Shown here piece by piece: positions 10,312-19,414 of a stretch of DNA of 34,346 nucleotides. The notes beneath the pieces were generated by a model. That model was not told the origin of the DNA, searched no databases, and saw nothing but the letters and a program-made list of their open reading frames with translations. The DNA comes from Cladosporium halotolerans (lineage: Eukaryota), in the NCBI RefSeq assembly GCF_011745625.1, contig NW_027191494.1:124001-158346 (forward strand), read 5' to 3'. The position numbers and the translations under genes were made by a program. Positions within the stretch are counted from its first letter, which is position 1. Each line of letters begins with the position of its first letter.

Positions 10312-10676
10312 GTTTGCGAGTTCCAGCCAGCCAGCCAGCGAGGTCCACGAGGCTCTTATCGCGGCTGCTGCAGCGTTGAGAAGTATAGGTCGACTTTTTC
10401 CGGCGTCGTTATCTAAGATACCTTCTCCGAATCCGCTCGCTTTCCGCTTCGAGACGAGCTGGCTTTCTAGAATTCTTTTCCCGCTGTCGTTCGCCAAACC
10501 CAGAAGAAAATAAGGGCCCGGCAGCAGACGAGGTCACCCTGGTGGTCCCAGAGCTGCCTTCTTAAACAGAGCCGAAGGGCAGCTAATCAGTCCGCCGGAG
10601 TACCGTCCGGCCCGCTATAGCGCGCGCATCTGTCGAGCAGCAGTCCGCGCGAAATTGTCTCTCCCCGCAAGCGCGC

Positions 10677-10705
10677 GGGCGTGGGCGTGGGCGTGGGCGT
10701 AGGGC
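10677..10705 (+). repeat. Short tandem repeat (GGGCGT)n upstream of the kinase
   Basis: GGGCGTGGGCGTGGGCGTGGGCGTAGGGC read directly; a (GGCT)n tract also lies near 10888-10906. Confidence 0.7.
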
Positions 10706-11733
10706 AGGATGGGCTGTGGCAGGGAATGGCACACGGAGACGCATACGAGGAACGTTGCATGGACGCGCAAAACATGTCAGGAAACGGGAGGCGAGACATC
10801 ACGTCGCCTGGGTATGGGAGCGGAATGCTGGCCGGTCGCCTTCCGTCGAGCAACGTGCGGCGCCGGGGGAGGAGGATTGGCTGCGGTGGTGGCTGGCTGG
10901 CTGGCTGCGAGCGGGAGGATGGCCGCCGTCATCATCATCGACACCTTCCTGAGCTTGGCTGGATTTTTTTTAATCGTCATGAACGCTATTTCGCGATCAA
11001 TACGCTTGTTTATATCATCGTTTGAGCCCAGGCCGGTGGCAGTCAGCGAAAGTCGAAGTTCAAACCATCGCAGCAAGTCTGCAGCACAGCGCAGCGCAAA
11101 CACCACACCCAACGTGAAGTCCGTCCCAGCGGCCAGCGCTGTGCCGCGTGCACGGAGCGAGGGCAATCAAACTTCGAGATTGCTTAGAGTTGCCGCCGCG
11201 CGCGTGGAAGTCAGCTTCCGCGCACTAAATTGTCACTTCCGGTCACCTGAGATAGCAGAGCCTGGAGTTGGGCGCTGTCTGAGATTGGAGGCAGAATTTG
11301 ACCTCGTCGTGGCGCACAGGTGATGAGTGCGGCGCTGATGCGAGATGATGCCTCCAGACGAAAACGTAGGAGGTTATAGGACACAATACTTTTATCATCA
11401 AATAAGCAGCCATTGACCGTACAATCCCGATATATGCTACACTAGGCGTCGTCGCAAAGGTATCCTCAATCGCACGCCCGTAAAGATCGAACAAAAACAG
11501 CAAAACACCGGAGCCGACATTCGTACGCCGGCCCAACTGTAGTGTGGGAAATTTCCAAAAGACTTTTGCGGCCAGCGCTCATTTCTCGCGGACAGTGGCT
11601 CCAAGATTTTTTCGCGCTGTACCGTTGTCACCCTTGTCTTCATCCTTGATCTCTTTCTTACAGCGGCTCCGGTGGGTGATTGTGACACCCTCGAAGCGCT
11701 GTCCCGCAAACACTAAAATCCGTCGAGACGAAT

Positions 11734-13130
11734 TTAAGCGTTCTCGGGGCGGAGAGAGCGGACGGCCTTGCCGGCGCGCCAGATCTCGAGGTTGCGGATC
11801 TCCTCCATCTCCTTCTCGAAGGCCTGGCGGTAGTCGGGACGGCCGGCGTAGTCGAGGGTGCGCTGGGTCTCGGTGCCGTTGCGGGTGGACTCGTAGAGCT
11901 CCTCGAAGAGGGGCTTGAGGTTCTCCTTGAAGCGCTTGGACCAGTCGATGGCGCCGCGGCGGGCGGTGGTGGAGCAGGCCTCGTACATGTAGTCCATGCC
12001 GTTCTTGCCGATCAGCGGGTAGAGGGACTGGGTGGCCTCCTCGACGGTCTCGTTGAAGGCCTCGCTGGGGGTGTGGCCGTTCTCGCGGAGGACCTCGTAC
12101 TGAGCGAGGAACATGCCGTGGATGCCGCCCATCAGGCAGCCACGCTCGCCGTACAGGTCACTGTAGACCTCCTTCTCGAAGGTGGTCTCGTAGAGGTAGC
12201 CGGAACCGACGGCGACACCCATGGCGACGGCCTTCTCGAGGGCCTTGCCGGTCACGTCCTGGTAGACGGCGACGGAGCTGTTGATGCCGCGGCCCTCCTT
12301 GAAGAGAGAGCGGACGGTGCGGCCAGAGCCCTTGGGGGCGACGAGGATGACATCGACGTCAGAGGGGACCTCAACGTTGGTGCGGTCCTTGAAGACCGGG
12401 GAGAAACCGTGGGAGAAGTAGAGGGTCTGAGTGGCATGTTAGTGTCGTGTCTCGGGGAATTTGTTGGGAATTTTTGTGTTTCCAAAACTCACCTTGCCCT
12501 TGGTGATCATGGGCTTCAGGCGCGACCAGGTCTCCTTCTGGGCGGCGTCACTGAGCAGGTTCATGACAATGGTACCCTTCTGCACAGCCTCGTCAACCTC
12601 GAAAAGGTTGACGCCGGGCTGCCAGCCATCCTGGACGGCCTCCTTCCAGCTGGCACCGTCTTTCCGGACACCGACAATGACGTTCAGGCCGTTGTCGCGG
12701 AGGTTGAGGCCCTGGCCGTGGCCCTGGGAGCCGTAGCCGATGAGGGCGAGGGTGTCGTTCTTGAAGTACTCCTGGAAAACAGGTCAGTCGCAGCTCGCGG
12801 ATTGTGTGGATGATGCATTGGGACTTACAAGGAGCTTCTCACGGGGCCAGTCGGCGCGCTCTATCGGAAGCTGTCAGCCATTGGGTCCCCGGCTTTCCGC
12901 GGCCATTGGGCGCGAATCTTACCGTAGACATCCTCCTTGTGGCCGGCGAAGTCGACGGTCTTGACACCGCGCTGCTGGACGAAGGGAGCAGCGGCCTTGG
13001 GGGCCTGGGCGAGAGCGGGCCTGGAGGCAGCGTTGACGGCGGAGACGAAGGTCCTCTGCTGGACAGCCGGCGCCTTGACGGTCTGCCTCAGGGAGCTGCG
13101 GAGAGCTCTGCTGGCGGTGCGGGAAGCCAT
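11734..13130 (-). CDS. ILV5: Mitochondrial ketol-acid reductoisomerase; model complement(join(11734..12426,12493..12771,12829..12860,12923..13130)), 403 aa
   Basis: Arg/Ser/Ala-rich presequence MASRTASRALRSSLRQ, NADPH-binding IGYGSQGHGQGLNLRDNG, YFSHGF, APKGSG and SDLYGERGCLMG. Three canonical introns keep the frame; strong C-ending codon bias. Confidence 0.97.
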
Positions 13131-13247
13131 TGCTGGAGTGTGTGAGGGGAGATGGGGGTGGAATGGATGGAGGGAGGTGGTTTTGCGATGTGAGCAATAA
13201 TGGCGGAGGAGGTAGAGCTGACCATAGTTTTCTCCAGGTCCAGCTGT

Positions 13248-13257
13248 CCGGTCTCGG
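13248..13257. promoter_or_regulatory. Putative Leu3/LeuB site (CCG-N4-CGG)
   Basis: CCGGTCTCGG about 120 nt upstream of the ILV5 ATG; matches the everted CGG repeat bound by Leu3-type regulators of branched-chain amino-acid genes. Confidence 0.45.
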
Positions 13258-13445
13258 CGTGCGCTCGGGCACGGTCCCCAGGCGATCACGTACGGTTGTC
13301 AGCGAAACCGGTCGCGCTAAGCGCACAGTCTGGAGTTCTCGCCAGTCATCGCGCCAGTCATCCGCGCTGCGCAGGCGAACACGGACACAAAAATCGCTGG
13401 TATAGTCGAGTGCGTCCGCGGTGCGGTGCCAATGCTCGATGCAAG

Positions 13446-13453
13446 TGACTCAT
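13446..13453. promoter_or_regulatory. Gcn4/CpcA (cross-pathway control) site
   Basis: Perfect TGACTCAT about 320 nt upstream of the ATG of an amino-acid biosynthesis gene. Confidence 0.65.
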
Positions 13454-14407
13454 GTAGGAACGCCGTCTTCGCACAGGACGGGGATGACTACGGATGGCTG
13501 GGTTGTATAGTCGCCGTGTCCGGAAAGCACAGCAGAAACACACACTACTCCCCGAGATTCGTAGCGACAGCAGAAAGTACTGTCCGGGGAGTATCCACAC
13601 ACATGGTAAGCGAGAGCAATAATATCGAACAACATCGCAGCATCGACCGTTCAAATGTCGGATGCCCATCCAGTGTCACATAGATACGGTCAACGCCAAC
13701 GCTCTTCGCATGAGAACACACCCTTCGACGAGCAGGGAGAACCAATGGACTCATTTCCATAATTTGACGAAACACAAAAGCATGGGATGTGCGAATCGTG
13801 ATAATCCTTCTGATCAATAGCTCTATCCTATTGGAAAGGGTCCACGGGTTCGCTAAGATAGGCGCATTTACGAACAGACGCTACTTCGGCACCGCCTCGG
13901 AGGCTTCCATTGGTGACGTCGAATTGCCTCTTATGGCGAGAACACATGACAGCCGCCTATTCGAAGGATCTGCTGTACTTCTGAATGTCTCATGATCCAA
14001 TTCTGACAAGGGACAGCTCTGCTACGCCAAGGGTCTTGACTGCAGCTCTTATGGTGTCCGCCAAGCGGCGGAGAACTACTACTTCCTCTACTGCTCGATT
14101 TGATCATCATGTTACTTATCCACATACACTGACCTGATTCATCAACGTCATATTCTTCATTTGCAAACCCGCATAATCCTATACACGCTTAATATCGGGC
14201 TCCACGTTTCAATTTTGTCGTGATCGACACGCATCATTCAAAGCTTCCTACTTCCGAGTGGCGAGGTCTATCCCCAGCGTTCTCAAGTGGGGAAGTGAGA
14301 TCCATTAGATCTAAAGATCTTTTTTTCCCTTGTCCAAGGACTGTCGGGAGTATCCAGATCTACTCCAAATCCTGAACAACTTGAAACCCGAGTAATAAAA
14401 CAACACA

Positions 14408-15145
14408 ATGGGAAAGCCTGCGCCACCTCCAGCACCCATCGATCATCAAGCAGCCCACATCCCCGAGCCGCCACCCAACTACTCCGAAGCAGCCTCCACC
14501 TCCAGCCCAACAACCCACCACTTCTCCCGCCACCACGCCTGGAGCGCCAAAGTCTTCGTCGAATCCGCCGGCGTCGACCGCTACTGCTTCGCGCCCGGCA
14601 AAGGCGCCCAGGTCTGGATCTACGCCGGCGCATCGACGAAAAACAGACCTCTTGGCTACCTGACTTTCCCGGCCTCGCACAACGCCTTCCGCCTCTACTT
14701 TGGCGCAGGCGCCGAGGGCGAACCCGGTCCGTCGGGTGTCGATGCGAATGGCTACGCGTTCAGCGATGTCAAGGCTAGGGTTGGGTATCCCCATGCGAGC
14801 AGTTTTGCGTTCAAGAGTGCGGCGTCGGGGCGGTTGCGGGAGTATGAGTGGGTGAATAGGAATCCGTCGCAGGATGCTTCGCCGGTGGTGTATGATCTGA
14901 AGGTGTCGGGGATGGAGACGCTGGCGACTTTGACGGTTAACAGGAAGGGTAGGGGAAAGACGAATGTCAAGTGGCTAAGGGCGCCGGACAGTGAGCTGGA
15001 GCAGGCTATCCTGATTCTGTCGGCGATTGGAGTGATCACCAGATTATCGAAGAAGGCCATGTACCGCGACAGTGATCTGGCCGGTGGGCAGAGGTGGTTC
15101 GCTTTTTGGTGGATGGCTGTGCTGTCGACCGCTGCGGTCATGTGA
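14408..15145 (+). CDS. Hypothetical 245-aa protein with an N-terminal PPxY motif, a beta-rich core and a hydrophobic C-terminus
   Basis: Single ORF with ATG context CACAATGG, motif EPPPNYSE, and hydrophobic segments ELEQAILILSAIGVI and WFAFWWMAVLSTAAVM. Confidence 0.75.
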   Translation: MGKPAPPPAPIDHQAAHIPEPPPNYSEAASTSSPTTHHFSRHHAWSAKVFVESAGVDRYCFAPGKGAQVWIYAGASTKNRPLGYLTFPASHNAFRLYFGAGAEGEPGPSGVDANGYAFSDVKARVGYPHASSFAFKSAASGRLREYEWVNRNPSQDASPVVYDLKVSGMETLATLTVNRKGRGKTNVKWLRAPDSELEQAILILSAIGVITRLSKKAMYRDSDLAGGQRWFAFWWMAVLSTAAVM

Positions 15146-15392
15146 GACTCTCTCGCAATCTAGATCGTTGGACCCTACCGCGTCAACGATTTGCACTACC
15201 CGAATTATCTGGGAAACAACACATCGACTAACGAACCCCGCTCGAACATTGCAAAGCCCAGAGAGGAACTGGCCGCCACGCTTTGGAAACTAACTCCATT
15301 TTTCCAAACTCAATTACACGCCAGTGGCACAGGGCGTCAGGAACCGTGGCTGCAGCTTGCCTCCGCCAAAACAAGAAAGACACGACGTTCAC

Positions 15393-17474
15393 CTAGTGAG
15401 CAAACCGGAAGTCCAGCCTCTTATTTCCCTCATCCGTCGTCGTCTCCAAGTATTTGTGCTTCTCATCAGCCGTCATCGCACTCCATATCCTCTCCCGGGC
15501 CCTATTCCTCCGGACATAATAGACCTTTGCAAACGCAAGCAGCGCCAGAGCGAAAAGGTTCACAGCGATCAGCACGCTGTTGCCACGGCGATACCTCGGC
15601 TTGTCGTCCTCGCGGTAAATGTTGACGGCAATCACGCCTCCGATCTGGACGTTCATGTTGTAACAGGCTGAGGAGATCGACCGCGTACGAACACCGCCGG
15701 AGTTGCGAGACGCGAGACCGACGAGGATGGCTTGGCAGTAGGGGTAGCTGAGCAGCACTGTCAGGAGCGCGAAGGTGCCCCAGGAGTCGACGAAGGCGCC
15801 GGTCCAGATTCTGAGGGCGAGGATGCAGGGGAGAGTCCTGGGGATGCGTTAGTGGGTAGGGTTATATGATGGAGTTTACGTAGATGGCGAACCAGATTGC
15901 TTGGATCATGGCAGTAAGCAGTCGCTCTCCTGTCTTCTCGGAGAACCAGGTGAGGAGCAGCAGGTTGCAAATTGCCACAGATGTGGATGGGATGACAAGA
16001 AGGTTGGTTTGGAACTGGACGTTTCATTAGTCGTAAAGAAAAAAGAAAGGAGCGCTCCGATGAGAAACTTGCAGTGGAGAATCCGAGGTTCTTTAGTGTG
16101 AGTGTCAAATAATTGTGAGGCGTAAATGCTGGGACGAAGCAAGTAATTCCGAGGGCATAGAGCTGTCAACGATCAGATACAGGCGATAATGTTTCCAAAA
16201 CCAAGCACGTACCGGCCACAGGTCGTAGTCGCCAAGAGACTTGAGCAGAGACCTCGGAGTGATGCCCTCTCGATTGCGCATATCACCTTTGGTGGGATCA
16301 TCTCGCAGAACTCTATTCACTATTATTTTGACCTCGCGGTCATCAAACCAGCCTTTCGGCCGGAACCAAGTCTTGGTGGCAACCGCAGAAGCTGGCATCA
16401 GGAAGATGGCCGAGATGCCCACGGCCAAGGTGATAAGACCTTCGATCAGGAAAAGCCTAGTAACGTTAGCCTGATGTCTGTGCCGCCGAAAAGGGCCAGG
16501 GCATGGATACCATCTCCAGCCAGCCATGCCATGTAGACCTCTCATGTGCAGAAGCCCAAATGCCCAAAGGGCGGCGATGATCTGAGTGCCGTCCAATGCA
16601 GTCCAAAAGAAAGAGTCTGATCGGCAACTCTTTGCTGGTATAGAAGTACGAAAGCCAGAGGACCAGAGAGGGGACGAATCCTCCTTCAAGCATACCGATC
16701 AGAGCTCGACAGGCGAAGAAAGACGCTCTACCCGACAAAGCAGCTTGAGATGTAGCAACTATAGACCATGCGATCATTTGCACTTGCACTGTCAGTGATA
16801 TTCCAGGCACTAGCCAGGGTCATGGGCTTACTGGGAATCCATCGGTCTGGTCCCAGCTTCTTCGAGATCAGCTGGGAAGGGATTTCGGCAAGAAGGAAAG
16901 CAACCTTGAATATGGTGAGACCTGTGTCCGTTAGTCGCGTGATCACTTCAAAATACCGTTTTAACCGCTCAGGAGAATGTCATTCTATAGCCAGTGTAGT
17001 AATCCATCGCATAGGAGGTGGAGTGTTCAACTGACCAGTGTTCAAGTCGTTCGTCGTCAAGCCGAGATCGTTCAAGAGGCCGTCAGATAATGCTTGCGAC
17101 AAATTACCACGATCGATCTGCAAAGCAAAGTATGCAAAGCAAGCGAATGCGCACACGCGGTAGTCCAGCTTCCTAATTAGCTTCTTCTCTTCTGCGGCAG
17201 TCCACTGCAGATCCGGATCGAAGGCGCTTCGGCACTCATAATGGCAGCTCTCGTAGATATCTCTGTAGTATTTGAGGACCTTGAGATCCGAGAAGGGTTT
17301 CTTCTCATCAATACCTGGTTGCGACAATGACAGCTCGAACGAGTCCGTGGGCTTGACGGGCTCAAACGATTCATTGACCTTCGGTTGGACGGCGATGACG
17401 GAGGGCTCAGAAGCTTCAGAGACAGTGTTGGACGTCGTGGGTTTGCCCGTGAAGAAGCCTTTAAGGGAATTCAT
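15393..17474 (-). pseudogene. MFS transporter of the Dal5/anion:cation symporter family (Soa1/AstA-like), frameshifted in this sequence; exons 17036..17474, 16832..16921, 16511..16782, 16213..16456, 16073..16162, 15893..16014, 15393..15837
   Basis: Family motifs YECRSAFDPDLQWT..EEKKLIRKLD, LQIDRGN, EIPSQLISKKLGPDRWIP, GWRWLFLIEG, RVLRDDPTKGDM and the C-terminal NKRLDFRFAH. Six introns, one of them GC-AG. The frame breaks at about 16612 between ELPIRL and SFFWTA. This may be a sequencing error rather than a true pseudogene. Confidence 0.8.
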
Positions 17475-18564
17475 TTAGTGTGCTGTAGGCTGTTCGTCAG
17501 AGATTTCCTGCCTTTCATATGCTTTTGCACAAAGTATACGTACTTTTTCTTAGCCCGTCTTGAGCTCAAATACGATGGTGCAGTACAAGCTAGACGACAA
17601 CCCTTCCCAGCGCTTGCAATCGCCAAAGACAAAACACAGATCCAATACCTACGAAAGAGAAACTCGCACGCAGTGTACGATTGCGAAATATATTTCGACG
17701 TCGGATGAGCGAGCTGCACAGGGCACGCCCACCCATAAGACAAGATGCTGCTTCCATGGCTTCGAAAAGACTGGACAACTAGATTGACCAGCTCCAGAAG
17801 AGGTTCCCGACCTCTAACGATACGAATTTCGTGACTTATGCAGTGCAAAAGCCTGGTTGTGAGCTTTTGTGGCGAATCCGTACAGCGGAGTTGCGAATGC
17901 GGATGTCGGAACACGCTCGTTACATCCTCAACAAGATGCTCGAAGATGACCATAACTTCACATTTTGCTTCATTGAGAAAGAGAGTCATTGCAATCGATT
18001 TGAGTCGCCGTACCTATTCAATCCGCAGCCAATTACGGTGGTTGTCTTTCGGATTTGTCAGTGAAAGCTTCCTCGCCTACGGTCGGGTGAACGAAGAGGC
18101 GTAGTCTGGCCACTCAGCGCGTCTAGATAACACGATCCCCTAGCTACCGTCTGAAGGGCACGTCAGCATCATGATGCATTCACGAGCGTTCTCTTGCCAT
18201 AGGGAATGATTGCGCACCGCTGGACAGTATCACGTGCCTGTAGCAGTCGTATTCAGACGTCGAGAATCCTTGGCCGATTCTTCCACCGTCGTCGTGATTG
18301 CACAATGAGCGCCACAATCTCTCAAGAATGTCTCTACTCCGGAGAGAGTAGAGTCCTGGGAGCTTCTTGATGATTGATACGCGGTGAATCGCAAACACCT
18401 GAACACCGCCCGCTGATTGGCACAGTCAGCTGGAGTGGGCCCCTTCCCTGCGTCGTCGGCATTCGGGCTGGCGCTACTTTCTTATACATGGCTCCATTGC
18501 GAAACATCATTTTGACATCCCAGATCCTTCTATGAGATTTGCAGACGTCAAAAAAACCTTCAAT

Positions 18565-19383
18565 ATGGCAGATAGCGATCAATCAGTGCCCAGGTTACTC
18601 AGCCTCCCTTCTGAGATCAGGGCAGCGATTCTGGACTACGTCTTCGATGGTGACGAGCATGCCAACGGCTTGACAATTGCGTCCGATGGATCTGGTAAAG
18701 CAATGACGGACCACGATTACAGTGCTGCAAGAATCCTCGCACCTCTACTTGTCTGTCGGCAACTCTACTGCGATGGAAGTTTGCTGGCTTTCGGGCGCAC
18801 GCATTTCTCAGTGACGAATCTCTACATCCGCATTCCCGATCGGCTGGCCCAGTTGCATCCCAAACAAATAGAAGCACTGCGATCCATCTCTCTGACCGTC
18901 GATAAGCGCCACTTCCGCGACCTCAGGTCATGGGGCTCGCACGCTTTTGCATGTCCGGGTTTGAGCCTGGACAGCTTGACGATTGTCTTGCATCAGTCCA
19001 GTCAACACTATCTATTCGACTTCACGACGGACGTCGTCAATCTGCTACGCCAGTTGCAGTCTGTCCAGAGCCTAGCGTTCGTACGCAATCGCGCCCATGT
19101 CAAGGGCAATTTCAAGACGTGGTGCAACCGGCTAGTCGGCCTTATCATGAAGACCGACCATTACGAGCGTTATGACGTGCGACCGCCAAACGCGGAGCAG
19201 ACTTGGTGGACATGGAAGTTCGACGATGCATGCGAGACCTTCCGCCTTCAAGCTTGTCCCAGCAAAGCAATGGTGGACGAGGAGACGTACATGCAGCAGA
19301 TCAAGCCGCTCATGCAAGAGCTCATGGTCAGCATTGAGAGCGAAGAATGGAACCCAGACCCTCGTGCGAGGAATGGAACTTGA
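18565..19383 (+). CDS. Conserved fungal hypothetical protein with an F-box-like N-terminus
   Basis: LLSLPSEIRAAILDYVF and LLVCRQLY are typical F-box-like motifs. ATG 18565 has better context than the in-frame ATG at 18532. Confidence 0.8.
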   Translation: MADSDQSVPRLLSLPSEIRAAILDYVFDGDEHANGLTIASDGSGKAMTDHDYSAARILAPLLVCRQLYCDGSLLAFGRTHFSVTNLYIRIPDRLAQLHPKQIEALRSISLTVDKRHFRDLRSWGSHAFACPGLSLDSLTIVLHQSSQHYLFDFTTDVVNLLRQLQSVQSLAFVRNRAHVKGNFKTWCNRLVGLIMKTDHYERYDVRPPNAEQTWWTWKFDDACETFRLQACPSKAMVDEETYMQQIKPLMQELMVSIESEEWNPDPRARNGT

Positions 19384-19414
19384 ACGTGAACTTCATTTGT
19401 ACGATGTACTGTAC

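Noticed and set aside
10312..10497. In-frame upstream extension of the kinase from a TTG codon
   Set aside because: The ORF track uses bacterial-style starts, and nothing in the sequence supports non-AUG initiation. The same applies to the extensions of the C2H2 TF, GGT and Zn2Cys6 ORFs.
12073..12813. 246-aa plus-strand ORF opposite ILV5
   Set aside because: It is explained by the strong C-ending codon bias of ILV5, which removes antisense stops.
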